DNA of 64,000 bases from Thermoplasmata archaeon (lineage in GTDB: Archaea; Thermoplasmatota; Thermoplasmata; UBA10834). A program made the translations under genes and the position numbers. The stretch is from NCBI GenBank assembly GCA_020696365.1, contig JAEHCM010000001.1, positions 18,813 to 82,812 on the forward strand. The letters run 5' to 3'. Within the stretch, counting starts at the first letter, position 1; each line of letters begins with the position of its first letter. Under the pieces are notes generated by a model. The model did not search any database and was not told the origin of the DNA. It saw nothing but the letters and a program-made list of their open reading frames with translations. Of the stretch, positions 8,718 to 19,123 are shown in pieces.

Positions 8718-9941
8718 CTACTGTGCCTCAAAGACCTTCGCGATCCGCTCCATCGCCCAGTCGACTTCCTCCTTCGTGATGGTCAGAGGCGGGGCGAACC
8801 TTACGGTCTTCTCGTGGGTGTCCTTCGCCAGGACGCCTTCATCCATGAGTTGCTGACAGATCGGCCTGACGGTCTCCTCCGGGCCGAGATGGAACTCTAC
8901 CCCGATCAGGAGGCCCTTGGCCCTAATCTCCTTCATCTTCGCACATTTGAGGGCTTTCAACTTCTGGACGAAGTACTCGCCCATCTCCGTGGACTTCTCC
9001 GCAAGGTTCTCGTCCACCAGAACATCGAGGGCGGCATCGGCGATCGCGCAGGCGAGCGGGTTGCCGCCGAACGTGCTCCCATGCGAACCCGGCGAGAATA
9101 CGGCCATCACCTCGCGCGATGACAGCGCCGCGGAGACGGGATACAGGCCCCCTCCAAGTGCCTTGCCCACGCACAATACATCCGGCTTGATCCCTTCGTG
9201 CTCGAAGGCGAACATCTTCCCTGTCCTCGCGAACCCCGTCTGGATCTCGTCGAGCATGAGCAGTATGTTCTTCTCAGAACATATCCGTCTGAGCTCCTTC
9301 AGGTAGCCTGGGGAGGGCACGTTGATGCCGGCCTCACCCTGGATGGGTTCTACCAGTATCCCAATCGTGTTCTCGTTTATGGCATTCTCGAACGCGGGTA
9401 TGTCATCGTACGGGATGGTAACGAACCCTGGCGTGAAAGGTCCGAACCCCTTCTTCGAGTCCTGGTCTGAGGAGAAGCTGATGATGGTGGTCGTCCTGCC
9501 ATGGAAGTTGTTCTCGCAGACGATGATCTCGCCCTTGCCCTCAGGGATGCCTTTCTTCTCGTATCCCCATCGTCTAACGAGCTTGATGGCGGTCTCGACA
9601 GCCTCTGCCCCAGTGTTCATGGGGAGTGCCATCTCCATGCCGCTGAGCTCGCAGAGCTTCTTCAGAAACGGCCCCATCCTGTCGTTCGAGAACGCCCTCG
9701 ACGTGAGTGAGACCCTCTCGAGCTGGTCCCGCGCGGCCTTCACGATACGTGGATGAAGATGACCCTGGTTGATTGCTGAGTACGAGCTGAGCATATCGAT
9801 GTATTTCTTCCCATCGATGTCCCAGACCCAGACACCATTCGCCTTCGAGATGACCACTGGAAGCGGGTGGTAATTATGCGCCCCGTATGTCTGTTCGAGT
9901 TTGACGTATTCCTCTGCTGACATGTAATCTGTCTCCTGCAT
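8718..9941 (-). CDS. rocD: Ornithine aminotransferase (class III PLP aminotransferase)
   Basis: YGAHNYHPLPVV, NTGAEAVETAIK, LDEIQTGFARTG, GSHGSTFGGNPLA. I start it at MQETDY (9941). The track's longer 5' extension to 10082 is Arg/Pro-rich and overlaps the neighbouring gene. Confidence 0.9.
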   Translation of the reverse strand: MQETDYMSAEEYVKLEQTYGAHNYHPLPVVISKANGVWVWDIDGKKYIDMLSSYSAINQGHLHPRIVKAARDQLERVSLTSRAFSNDRMGPFLKKLCELSGMEMALPMNTGAEAVETAIKLVRRWGYEKKGIPEGKGEIIVCENNFHGRTTTIISFSSDQDSKKGFGPFTPGFVTIPYDDIPAFENAINENTIGILVEPIQGEAGINVPSPGYLKELRRICSEKNILLMLDEIQTGFARTGKMFAFEHEGIKPDVLCVGKALGGGLYPVSAALSSREVMAVFSPGSHGSTFGGNPLACAIADAALDVLVDENLAEKSTEMGEYFVQKLKALKCAKMKEIRAKGLLIGVEFHLGPEETVRPICQQLMDEGVLAKDTHEKTVRFAPPLTITKEEVDWAMERIAKVFEAQ

Positions 9942-10033
9942 CTGCAGACTGTGTCTGCTCTGTGGGCTGTCGAAGCGGTGCCATCCCTTAAAACCCTTCG
10001 ACGACACGCTGACCGGTGTAGCTGTCCGTGCCG

Positions 10034-10609
10034 TCATCCATCGAGCTTCGTCAGGATTGCTCCTGGGACCACGATTCCCCACCCCATGACCATCAGGACC
10101 GCCAAGGTCTCCATGAAAGGGGTCGCGCCGAGCGACAGGATCATCACCAGACCAGAGAGGAACAGCCCACCGGTCACGTACAGCGGCACGGGGCCCAGGC
10201 GTCGGTCCCGGTGCATGGCGAGGGTTAGTACGCCGAACGAGACGAATATGGTGATGAAGAATGCATACGATAGGACGAGGTGTGTGTCCCCGGCGTCCTC
10301 TGTGAATATGCCGACATTCACGAGGAATACGCCTGCCAGTGCGAGGAGCGCTCCACCCGTCCTGGAGACCGGCTCAGCCGGGAGCGCCGCTGAGAGGCCG
10401 AAGACGGCGAACAGGGACAGCATCGCACCAGAGATCATCAGGGCCGAGTTGAAGGCCCAGGCACCGGGGCCGACACCGAGGTCGCTCAGGTAGTTCTCCA
10501 GGAAGGTGTATCCTGGGTCCTGCGACATGGCGATGAAGTACAGTAGCATGAATAAGATGCAGGCGAGAGGTGCCAATGCCATCGCGAACCGACTTCCGTG
10601 GAACCGCAC
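10034..10609 (-). CDS. DUF998-like integral membrane protein
   Basis: Six hydrophobic helices, N-terminal GYTFLENYLSDLG motif, GTG start. Confidence 0.65.
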   Translation of the reverse strand: MRFHGSRFAMALAPLACILFMLLYFIAMSQDPGYTFLENYLSDLGVGPGAWAFNSALMISGAMLSLFAVFGLSAALPAEPVSRTGGALLALAGVFLVNVGIFTEDAGDTHLVLSYAFFITIFVSFGVLTLAMHRDRRLGPVPLYVTGGLFLSGLVMILSLGATPFMETLAVLMVMGWGIVVPGAILTKLDG

Positions 10610-10678
10610 TGCAATAACCGCACGCTAAAACGCCTTGCATCGGGATATTGTTTCCTGAGCGCGTGGGACCCGCGGTGG

Positions 10679-12517
10679 TCACAGCCTCATGTCCTTGGGC
10701 ATCAGCTTCGCAGTCCCGTACACCGGCTTTGGGAACGTGTCTCCCTCGTCATCGGGATCCGCTGCCGCCTCGGCCTTTCGCTCGAACGAGTAGACCTTCC
10801 GCGGGATGTCCATGCCCTCTACATAGAGACGGTTGTATGCCCACCTCATCAACAACAGTACGAACACCCCATACCCGACGGCGGCCATGACCGAGAGCTG
10901 CCAGGCATATGACCATGTCGCCACGACGATCACGACAGACGCGACGGCGCCGAATATGATTCCAGTGATCATGTCGACTATGGCGGTCCGGTCGCGCACA
11001 CCCACGCCGAGGTTGGCGTAGTTCACATGTCTCACTATCTCCATTACCTCGTAGCGGACCACGAAGAAGATTGCCGCTACGATCACGCAGTCGACCCCGA
11101 GGAAGACGATGTGAAGAATGGATTTGGATATCAGTACCGCCACCGACACGAACACGAACGACAACAAAAGTATCCCGGTTATCTTCGTCCCCTTGAATAT
11201 CCTGACCGAGGACGGCATCACGACCTTTCCCAGCGTACGAGAGATCACCGCGCCAGAGAAGCTGAGCGGCCTTGGCATCACCCTCGACAAGGCGTTTGCG
11301 AACTTGTACGAGTTCTTGACCATGAACGGCGCCACGGCACTCATGCCGAAGCACAGCGCGCCCGCGAACGGGTTCAGCTGAGCGCCCATGGTAGCGCCCC
11401 TGACCTCGCTGCCGACGCTGGCATACAGAATGGACTCAACACCACGGCCGCACATGCTCGTCCCGATGGTCGATGCCGCTCGGGCAGAGAAACCGATGAA
11501 GTACGATACCGCCGAGATGACGATCGTTTCGTAGAAGATTATGACTGGCATGATAAGCAGGACCATCCAGACGACCGAGTCGAACATCGCGGGGTCGATC
11601 ATCATGCCGAACGATGTGAAGAATATGGCGACGAACGCGTCCTTGAACGACTCTAGCTTCGACTGGATCCTCGTCGAGACCTTGCTCTCGGCGAGTATCA
11701 TCCCTATGAAGAAGGCGCCGATTATCGGGGGCACGTTCATCAAGGCGGCGACGCCGGCAGTCAGGAAGACTATCCCGAGGGCGAACAGTATGAACAGCTC
11801 ATCGTTCTCGATCTGGCCGAAGAACTTGACGACCCTAGGTACGGCCCACATCGCAACCCACACGAAGAAGCCGTAGAACAGCACCATACCGAGTATGAGC
11901 TGTCCGTAGGCGACGGCGTTCGTCTCGGGCGCGATTATCATGCCGCTGGCAACGGCGAGTATCAGCATCGCGATGAACGTCTCGACCACGACTAAGCCTA
12001 TTAGAAACTCCACCTCGGGGCTCGACATCTTCTTGAGGTCGAACAGTATCTTCATCGCGACGCTTGTACTGCTCATCGCGATCACCCCTGCCAGGAATAT
12101 CGAGTCTATGAGCGGCCATCCGAGGTACGAGGCGAACACGAACCCGATGAAGAGGCCGATGCTCGTGTCGATTATCGCGAGTATCACGGCGGGCTTGCGG
12201 GTCTTCTTGAGCTTCGAGAACGAGAACTCGAGGCCCACGAAGAACATCAGCATTATGAGCCCGATGAACGAAAGCACATCCACCAGGCTCGTGTCGGTGA
12301 TGATTCCGTTGTACTCGACCCCGAACAGGTCGATGCTCATCTTCGGACCGATCAGGATGCCGATCAGGATGTAACCTATCATCACGGACTGTTTCGCGCG
12401 GCCGGCAAGGCTCGCCGCTAGAAACGCGAGCAGAAGGATTGCGCCGAGCTGAAACAGCAGTTGCGCCTCTGTGACCATCTCTTCGGTCCCATCCCATCTT
12501 ACGGAAGAGGATGCCAC
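10679..12517 (-). CDS. Cation:proton antiporter (CPA2/Kef-NapA type) with an extra C-terminal membrane domain
   Basis: LLFQLGAILLLAFLAASLAGRAKQSVMIGYILIGILIGP and a multi-helix Na_H_exchanger-like body. The start may be the internal MVTEAQ at 12478. Confidence 0.8.
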   Translation of the reverse strand: MASSSVRWDGTEEMVTEAQLLFQLGAILLLAFLAASLAGRAKQSVMIGYILIGILIGPKMSIDLFGVEYNGIITDTSLVDVLSFIGLIMLMFFVGLEFSFSKLKKTRKPAVILAIIDTSIGLFIGFVFASYLGWPLIDSIFLAGVIAMSSTSVAMKILFDLKKMSSPEVEFLIGLVVVETFIAMLILAVASGMIIAPETNAVAYGQLILGMVLFYGFFVWVAMWAVPRVVKFFGQIENDELFILFALGIVFLTAGVAALMNVPPIIGAFFIGMILAESKVSTRIQSKLESFKDAFVAIFFTSFGMMIDPAMFDSVVWMVLLIMPVIIFYETIVISAVSYFIGFSARAASTIGTSMCGRGVESILYASVGSEVRGATMGAQLNPFAGALCFGMSAVAPFMVKNSYKFANALSRVMPRPLSFSGAVISRTLGKVVMPSSVRIFKGTKITGILLLSFVFVSVAVLISKSILHIVFLGVDCVIVAAIFFVVRYEVMEIVRHVNYANLGVGVRDRTAIVDMITGIIFGAVASVVIVVATWSYAWQLSVMAAVGYGVFVLLLMRWAYNRLYVEGMDIPRKVYSFERKAEAAADPDDEGDTFPKPVYGTAKLMPKDMRL

Positions 12518-12640
12518 CTAACAGCATGAGGTAGTGGCGTCATCCCATCCGCGGCGCTAATGGAGGTCGTTCGTACTTATACCTTCTTGAGGGAGCCAGA
12601 CGGCCAGTCTCCCCGAGGAACAGCTCCGCTGCTCGCCTCA

Positions 12641-13684
12641 CTAATATCCGAAGACGAGCAACAGGAGGATATAGAGCACGTACAGAGACCCTGAGGCTAG
12701 CATCACCTTGTACGACATCGTATGCCTGATCCTCACGGAATAGTACATCCATCCGGCGGCACCGAGCGCTATCATGACGGCAGCGATGTTGATCCACGAA
12801 AGCGACCATGCCGTGAACACGAGGCCTATGCTGACGGGTATGCTGCTCTGGAATACCATCGCTCCGGTTATGTTCCCGAGCGCGAGCGTGTCCTTCGAAC
12901 GCCAATACCAGATCACGCTGTTGAACTTCTCAGGGAGCTCGGTGGCAATCGGGGCGATGAGAAACGCAAGGATCATAGCGTCGACCTTCAAGGAGGTCGC
13001 CACCGTCTCGATCTCACCCACAAACAGTTTGGCCCCGACGATTATCCCGATCAGCGCTGCGATGACCTGATACGCTATCAGCGGCATCCCGACCCTGCTG
13101 GTCGGCGAGAACCCCGTCAACCTCGTCAGGTACAGGGCAGGACAGCGGCTCTCCTCGACGACGCACTTATCCCTCAAGGTTCTCCGCACGTAGAATATGT
13201 AGGCGCCCACCAACATGACGGCCACGCCGTATTTGATGAAGGTCGGGTCGAATGCGGATTGCATGCCAAGAAGACCCGTCATGAGCACGAACGCATACGC
13301 GAGCATGAAATACTCGAGGTCGCGCTTGGCGTGGTTCTCGTGAAGTACGAGTTTCGCGTCCCTCCTTCCTCTCTTGTAGGCGATCATCACCGCCAGACCG
13401 CCGACGAACATCGCTAGAGTCCCCAGCATGAAGGGCGCGCCGAGTATAGCGCCCTCGCCGATCTCTTTCCCTTCCGCGGTACCGGTGAAGAAGATCGCGA
13501 TGATAGGTATGATCGTCTCCGGAGTTGCCGTACCGATAGCGGCTAGGATGCTCCCTGTTGCGGTCTCCGCGAGGCCCAGCCTGCACCCAAGCCACTCGAT
13601 TCCGTTGACGAATACCTCGCAGCTCAGAAGAATGACGATAAGCGCGCCTACGAGGACGACGATGGTGATAGCTTCTAACGCCAT
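12641..13684 (-). CDS. Ca2+/cation antiporter (CaCA, YrbG-like)
   Basis: Two alpha-repeat regions: GSILAAIGTATPE and GNITGAMVFQSSIPVSIGL. Confidence 0.8.
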   Translation of the reverse strand: MALEAITIVVLVGALIVILLSCEVFVNGIEWLGCRLGLAETATGSILAAIGTATPETIIPIIAIFFTGTAEGKEIGEGAILGAPFMLGTLAMFVGGLAVMIAYKRGRRDAKLVLHENHAKRDLEYFMLAYAFVLMTGLLGMQSAFDPTFIKYGVAVMLVGAYIFYVRRTLRDKCVVEESRCPALYLTRLTGFSPTSRVGMPLIAYQVIAALIGIIVGAKLFVGEIETVATSLKVDAMILAFLIAPIATELPEKFNSVIWYWRSKDTLALGNITGAMVFQSSIPVSIGLVFTAWSLSWINIAAVMIALGAAGWMYYSVRIRHTMSYKVMLASGSLYVLYILLLLVFGY

Positions 13685-13787
13685 ATCAGCATCAGGAGTC
13701 GCTTATGAGAATTCTGTATATAAACTCATCCAAGGAGAACCTGGACCCTCGCAACAATTAAGTAACCCGACCCTCTGCCAAAGCGCG

Positions 13788-15071
13788 ATGTTCGAGGTGA
13801 TTAAAGGAAGGGGCATCAGAACCCCAGGGTACCTCCGCGTCCTCTACTTCTCCACATTCTTCCTCAGGGTGGCCTTCGGGGCGCTGCTACTGATCATCGC
13901 GAAGTATGTCCCATGTGAGACCGCGTACGAAGGACTTCTCAACGTCGCGATAATCGCGATCCCGTATCCGCTTGCAGAGATGATGACCGCAAACTACTTC
14001 GGGATGCTGAGCGACCGCATAGGCAGGAAGCGGGTGATCGTTGCAGGCACATCGCTCGCAGCGATCATCGTTCTGTTGTACACGCTCTCGAACGACGTGT
14101 GGTATCTTGCCACACTGCATGGAATCCATGGAATAGGAGCAGCCGCGACCATCGCCCCGGCGATCGCCATGATCGCGGACCACGCGGACACATGCGACCG
14201 CGGCAGACAGATGGGGTGGTTCGATTACGCGACCTTCCTGGGATACATAATCGGGGCGGTTGTCGGAGGTTTCCTCATAGACCTCGTTGGTGCCAGGGTC
14301 GGGTTCACCATCATGGCGAGCGTCCTGATCAGTTCCGCGCTCATGCTTCAGCTTCTTGTCAGGAAGGAGTCCGTGCGCGTGAAGTCCGAATCACTCATGG
14401 GGCTCAAGAGCCTCAAACAGATCTTCCGGGTCCGAGAGGTCCGGCTGATGTTTCCGATATGGCTGATAATCGCCACGCTCCTGGGACTTGCCATCACGTA
14501 CCTGCCCCGCATAATGCTGAGTGCGGATGTCAGCGGAAGCATGATCGGCATTCTATTCGGGGCAGCTGGAATCGCCCTTGGACTGTTCCAGCCGTTCTGG
14601 GGCAAGGTCTCCGACGTCGTGGGAAGGATTCCTGTGATGGCCTATGGCGTTTTCAGCATGTTCGGAGTCGTTATCATGGCACTCTTCTTCTCCGACTACA
14701 TCTACACGAGGGTCGGAGATGAGATTGCGTTCAACTTAGTTGGATTGGTCCCGCTCGGCATCCTCGGCCTTGGGGCGGGAGCGTTCGTCCCGGCCGCGCT
14801 CGCACTCATGGCGGACTCGTCGAAAGAGAACAGTTATGGGGCGACGATGGGGCTGTACTCGTTCGCGCTCGGGTTCGGCGCGTTCATCGCCGAGAGCATC
14901 GGCCTCGGCATCATCGTAGCGAGCGGCGGCGACGACGCGCCTACATGGCTACTGTACTTCGCCGCAGTCCTTATCGCGCTTGCAGTCGTTCTGATGACGG
15001 TCTTCTTCATCTCAGGTTTCGTTAGGAAGCTCATCAGGAGTCGCGGACGGATGCCGAATGATGGTTGTTGA
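13788..15071 (+). CDS. MFS transporter
   Basis: Twelve-helix pattern with the MFS signature GMLSDRIGRKRV. Start reset to MFEVIKG (13788) because the track ORF 5' part (13428-13787) is antisense to the CaCA gene. Confidence 0.8.
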   Translation: MFEVIKGRGIRTPGYLRVLYFSTFFLRVAFGALLLIIAKYVPCETAYEGLLNVAIIAIPYPLAEMMTANYFGMLSDRIGRKRVIVAGTSLAAIIVLLYTLSNDVWYLATLHGIHGIGAAATIAPAIAMIADHADTCDRGRQMGWFDYATFLGYIIGAVVGGFLIDLVGARVGFTIMASVLISSALMLQLLVRKESVRVKSESLMGLKSLKQIFRVREVRLMFPIWLIIATLLGLAITYLPRIMLSADVSGSMIGILFGAAGIALGLFQPFWGKVSDVVGRIPVMAYGVFSMFGVVIMALFFSDYIYTRVGDEIAFNLVGLVPLGILGLGAGAFVPAALALMADSSKENSYGATMGLYSFALGFGAFIAESIGLGIIVASGGDDAPTWLLYFAAVLIALAVVLMTVFFISGFVRKLIRSRGRMPNDGC

Positions 15072-16074
15072 TGGATCCCAGGGGGAAGGCGGGGGTCAGA
15101 TCCTCCGCACTGCCGTCGCCCTTTCTGCCGTCACACACGAACCGGTAAGGGTGACTGACATCCGCGCGGGAAGGCCGAACCCCGGCCTGTCACCCAGCCA
15201 TGTGACGAGCATTGAAGCGGTCGCATCCCTGTGCGACGCCAAGGTGGACGGGTTGCATCCAGGGTCGAAGGAGATCACATTCAACCCTGAGGAGTTGCTG
15301 GGAGGAGACTTCAGGTTCGACATCGGCACGGCTGGAAGCATCTCGCTGGTTATCCAGAGCTGCCTGCTCCCGGCGCTGCTGTCAAAGACATCGACGAGGA
15401 TGGTGCTGATCGGAGGGACCAACGTGAGATGGTCCCCACCAATCGATTACATGCTCGAGGTCCACCTGCCCATCATAGAGGAGTTCGGCGCTAGGGGCTC
15501 GGCAGATATCGTCTCCCGCGGGTTCTTTCCGGAGGGTGGCGGTGAAGTCCTGCTGGAGACCTCGCCAGCCGGCCGATTGTCGGGCCGTGAACTGGGCCCT
15601 TCCGGAAAGGTCCTGAGCATAAGGGGCGTCGCGTTCTCTCAGAACCTTCCGGAGCATATCGTCACTCGGATGCGGCACTCGGCAATGAAGAGGCTTGTCC
15701 GATTCGCCGATGTGAGGTTGTCAACGGATCACAGGGTCGGGAGGAGCACTGGCGCAGGTATGCTGCTGACGGCCCAGTGCGAGAATGGTGTACTGGGCGC
15801 TTCCGCGCTCGGAGAGAGAGGTGTCCGAGCTGAGACGCTTGGCGAGTCCTGCGCAGAAGACCTCGCGGAGACGGTCGACTCCGGCGCTTCAGTGGATGAG
15901 CACATGCTCGACCAGATCCTGCCATACATGGCGCTCGCCAAAGGCGGCTCTTCCGTTCTCGCTGAGGAGGTATCAGGACACGCAAAGACCAACATGCTCG
16001 TCATAGAGCAGCTCCTAGACAGAAGATTCTCGGTGAAGAGGATGAACGATCTCGTGGAGATTTCCGTGGACTAG
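15058..16074 (+). CDS. rtcA: RNA 3'-terminal phosphate cyclase
   Basis: DGSQGEGGGQILRTAVALSAV, DIGTAGSISLVIQ, and H in VDEHMLDQILPYMALA. Confidence 0.9.
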   Translation: MMVVDGSQGEGGGQILRTAVALSAVTHEPVRVTDIRAGRPNPGLSPSHVTSIEAVASLCDAKVDGLHPGSKEITFNPEELLGGDFRFDIGTAGSISLVIQSCLLPALLSKTSTRMVLIGGTNVRWSPPIDYMLEVHLPIIEEFGARGSADIVSRGFFPEGGGEVLLETSPAGRLSGRELGPSGKVLSIRGVAFSQNLPEHIVTRMRHSAMKRLVRFADVRLSTDHRVGRSTGAGMLLTAQCENGVLGASALGERGVRAETLGESCAEDLAETVDSGASVDEHMLDQILPYMALAKGGSSVLAEEVSGHAKTNMLVIEQLLDRRFSVKRMNDLVEISVD

Positions 16075-16868
16075 GCGTACATGGCTGGACGGGGTGCGCG
16101 CTTGCCGTCCTTCTTCGTGACGGCCTGCTTCTGGATCTCCCTTATGTGTTCCTCTATCCTCTTCGCTTCCTCGAACAGAGGCTTCGCATCGAATTCTATG
16201 CCGAGCAGGATTCTGTCGATCGCCTCGAGCACGAGGGCTGCAGCTCTCGCATCGGGGAAGTCAGGATGTGCCTCGGCCAACAGGGTCGCGACGTCGAAAT
16301 CGTGCTTCCTACCCTCGTTGAGCAACACACCAGCGACGCCAGATATGACTCCTTCCTCGAAAGGGCGGATGTTGTTCTCCTTGAGCATCTCACGCGCCTG
16401 AGGTGTGCTGGCGATGCCGAACACGACGTCGCTTATGTCTGCCGTATTCTTCAGCTCGGGATCGACGACCAGTCCCTCGGGCGAGACTATCATCTTGCAC
16501 CGTTGATCGGTCGCCCACTTGACGAGCGTGCGCGCAATCGGGCGTATCAGAGCCCCCGGCGGCTGGAATTCTGAGATGAACGCCACGATCTGATCGCCAC
16601 GCCGCCCCTTGTCACCAGCATATATTCTCACAGGGCTCAGCGGTTTCGAGTCGCGAATCAGAGACACCGTTGGGAAGTGCTCGGAATCCATTATCCCTAT
16701 GTGCTCGAGGTTGAGCACCTTGATCAGATAGTTGGCTGCGATGGAGCTGACGAGGCCTACACTGGGGAAGCCGTCGATTATCGTCGCACCCGTGAGATCC
16801 AACCTCTTCAGCTCGTGAATCTGTATGTCTCCGTCGTCCATCAACTGCCTGAATGAGGTGGCCGACAT
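16071..16868 (-). CDS. PAC2-family proteasome assembly chaperone-like protein
   Basis: IIDGFPSVGLVSSIAANYLI...HFPTVSLIRDSKPLSPVRIYAG. Confidence 0.7.
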   Translation of the reverse strand: MSATSFRQLMDDGDIQIHELKRLDLTGATIIDGFPSVGLVSSIAANYLIKVLNLEHIGIMDSEHFPTVSLIRDSKPLSPVRIYAGDKGRRGDQIVAFISEFQPPGALIRPIARTLVKWATDQRCKMIVSPEGLVVDPELKNTADISDVVFGIASTPQAREMLKENNIRPFEEGVISGVAGVLLNEGRKHDFDVATLLAEAHPDFPDARAAALVLEAIDRILLGIEFDAKPLFEEAKRIEEHIREIQKQAVTKKDGKRAPRPAMYA

Positions 16869-16909
16869 ATAAGACTTAGGAAAGTGGGGTTTCGGGCCGC
16901 GATTCGGTT

Positions 16910-17611
16910 ATGGAATTCCTAGGAACCGATGGACCACAAACCTTCTTACCGACGATTGTGATGCACGGGGTGATAGGTTTGAAGATTATCATCAACTGCG
17001 CCATGTCAGCCGATGGCAAGATCGCCACGAAGAATCGCAGACAAACTGCGATTTCGAACGATACTGACAAGAAGAGGGTGCATGTCCTCAGGAACTCAGT
17101 GGATGCTGTCCTCGTCGGCATAGGCACGGTTCTAGCCGATGATCCGAAGCTCACCGTGAAGACGGAATACGTGCACAGTCCGAAGAACCCGATCAGGATC
17201 GTACTCGACTCCAAGGGTAGGACGCCGCCTGAGGCGATGGTGCTGAACGGGGATGCAAGGACGATGATCGTTACTGCGAAGGAGTCCGTCACGGAGTTCT
17301 CGAATGCGGAGACGATCCGGTGCGGTAGCGGTCAGGTAGACATCAAGGAACTGTTGCCTATGCTTGAGGAGAAAGGAATTCGAACGCTCCTCGTGGAAGG
17401 CGGCTCGGAAGTCATCTGGTCCTTTCTCAGGCACCGCCTGGCCGATGAGATCTACATCTTCATAGGAAGCGTGATCATCGGAGGAGATTCGGCACCGACC
17501 CCGGCAGGTGGGGAAGGAGCGGTTTCGATTGACGAGGCGGTCGCGCTCAGGCTCAAGAAAGCGGATGTTGTCGGCGACGGAGTGCTTCTGAAGTACGAGG
17601 TGGACAAGTGA
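16910..17611 (+). CDS. arfC: 2,5-diamino-6-ribosylamino-4(3H)-pyrimidinone 5'-phosphate reductase (RibD C-terminal-type, archaeal riboflavin/F420 pathway)
   Basis: INCAMSADGKIA, VDAVLVGIGTVLADDPKLTVK, LLVEGGSEVIWSF. The true start is probably the internal MHGVIG. Confidence 0.85.
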   Translation: MEFLGTDGPQTFLPTIVMHGVIGLKIIINCAMSADGKIATKNRRQTAISNDTDKKRVHVLRNSVDAVLVGIGTVLADDPKLTVKTEYVHSPKNPIRIVLDSKGRTPPEAMVLNGDARTMIVTAKESVTEFSNAETIRCGSGQVDIKELLPMLEEKGIRTLLVEGGSEVIWSFLRHRLADEIYIFIGSVIIGGDSAPTPAGGEGAVSIDEAVALRLKKADVVGDGVLLKYEVDK

Positions 17612-18066
17612 CGGTTGAGAAGCCACGATTCATCGTCGACAGCATGCTTGGTTCTCTCGTGAAATGGCTCCGCATGTTGGGGTACGACACAGAATACGCG
17701 AGGGACCTCGATGACGATTCGATCGCGAAGCTTGCTGCGAAGGAGGGCAGGCACATTCTCACAAGAGACCGGGCCCTCGCCTCCCAGCCTGGCGCGACAA
17801 TGATCGAAGGGGACAACATCGATTCTCAGTTGAGGGCTGTCAACGTCCGATACAGCCTGTCGCTCGATGAGGGAGCGATAAGATGTTCGGCATGCAACGG
17901 AGCACTGGTCGATCTTCCGAGGGAGGAGGCGACGGGGGTCGTGCCTAAAGGAGCACTGGAGAACAACGACGTCTTCTGGAAGTGCGCTGCGTGCGGGAAG
18001 GCCTACTGGAAAGGCACGCACTGGCTCGGAATAATGGATAGGCTGCGGAAGCTCAACCTCGCCTAG
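17608..18066 (+). CDS. Mut7-C / DUF82 PIN-like RNase domain protein with C-terminal zinc ribbon
   Basis: FIVDSMLGSLVKWLRMLGYDT, ILTRD, CSACNG...CAACGKAYWKGTHW. There is a 4-nt overlap with arfC. Confidence 0.8.
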   Translation: MTVEKPRFIVDSMLGSLVKWLRMLGYDTEYARDLDDDSIAKLAAKEGRHILTRDRALASQPGATMIEGDNIDSQLRAVNVRYSLSLDEGAIRCSACNGALVDLPREEATGVVPKGALENNDVFWKCAACGKAYWKGTHWLGIMDRLRKLNLA

Positions 18067-19000
18067 ACTCAGGGCCGTGCAGGTGTTCGCTGATTATCTT
18101 GCCGTTCGATGAGTTGACGAGCATGGCGCCTCTCTTGCCTTCCACGCACCAAACGGGTAGGTAGACTAGACCCTTCACCTCTACCAGCATCGCGTTCTTA
18201 TGCGGTTTCGAGCGTTCTATGATCTCCGAGTGTCCGAAATCCGTGACCGTCTCCACATAGGACTTGTACTCCTTCGCAATGACATCTCGCGCCATGTCCA
18301 GTGCCCGCTCCGGGTCGATCTTCGGCTCCCTCTTGGAGCTGGGCGAGTCAATCATGTCCACCAACTCGAAACCCCAATGCCAGACCTCGACGTGCTCGGT
18401 CATGGCGTTCACTGCCACGATACCCGCGCGCTGACGCTTGTCGTCGATGTTCAGGACGTAATGGAAAAGGTAGTGTGGTATGAGCTCGAGGTCGAACTTG
18501 TAGCCCTGTATCTCGTGGCGGGCGATGTGTTTCACATCCTCGAGCGTTATGGCCGGCTTCACGATCCGCTCTGCCTTCTCTTCGGTGCTCTCGACGATAA
18601 CTGGAATCGATTGCTCAGGGGGATCAGAGGGCATCTGCGGGATCTCGTCGGATATCACCTCGTCGAGCAGGCTGCCCCCGTGGTCCTTCGAGAGCGTCTT
18701 GAGATGGAGGCTTCCTATCTCGTGCTCGATCTCCTCCCTGCCCCAGTAATGTATCCCTCGGTCCTGAAGATGCTTCTGAACCTGGTCGTCGACCTTCGCA
18801 AGGGATGCCACCACCTTCCTCCCGGAGAAGTCGTTCACATTCCTGATGAAATCGTCGACATCGTCCCGTATCATCTCGCTCGCAGCCATGACCACGATGG
18901 ATATGTCGGCCCTCTGGCCGTAGAGGTAGCCGTCACGCTCTTCTACCTCGAACTTTCCGGATTCGAGTATCCGGACCAGGTGATCCTTGAGTGAGACCAT
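18053..19000 (-). CDS. Hypothetical protein; the N-terminal ~110 aa is possibly restriction-endonuclease-like
   Basis: A long ORF with normal composition and strong coding character. The N-terminal region (ERDGYLYGQRADISIVVMAAS...GRKVVASLAKV) is reminiscent of Mrr-like cores. The C-terminal half is unrecognised. Confidence 0.6.
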   Translation of the reverse strand: MVSLKDHLVRILESGKFEVEERDGYLYGQRADISIVVMAASEMIRDDVDDFIRNVNDFSGRKVVASLAKVDDQVQKHLQDRGIHYWGREEIEHEIGSLHLKTLSKDHGGSLLDEVISDEIPQMPSDPPEQSIPVIVESTEEKAERIVKPAITLEDVKHIARHEIQGYKFDLELIPHYLFHYVLNIDDKRQRAGIVAVNAMTEHVEVWHWGFELVDMIDSPSSKREPKIDPERALDMARDVIAKEYKSYVETVTDFGHSEIIERSKPHKNAMLVEVKGLVYLPVWCVEGKRGAMLVNSSNGKIISEHLHGPESRRG

Positions 19001-19123
19001 CGGGACGCCTTTGACCGTGATGGGGCAAAGGCGATAAAAGGCTTATGAGCGCCCTGGCTGTAGGAAAGATTGATAGCCTCCGGGACATGATAAGCTGACG
19101 GAGGAGGTCGTACGCACGCGCGC

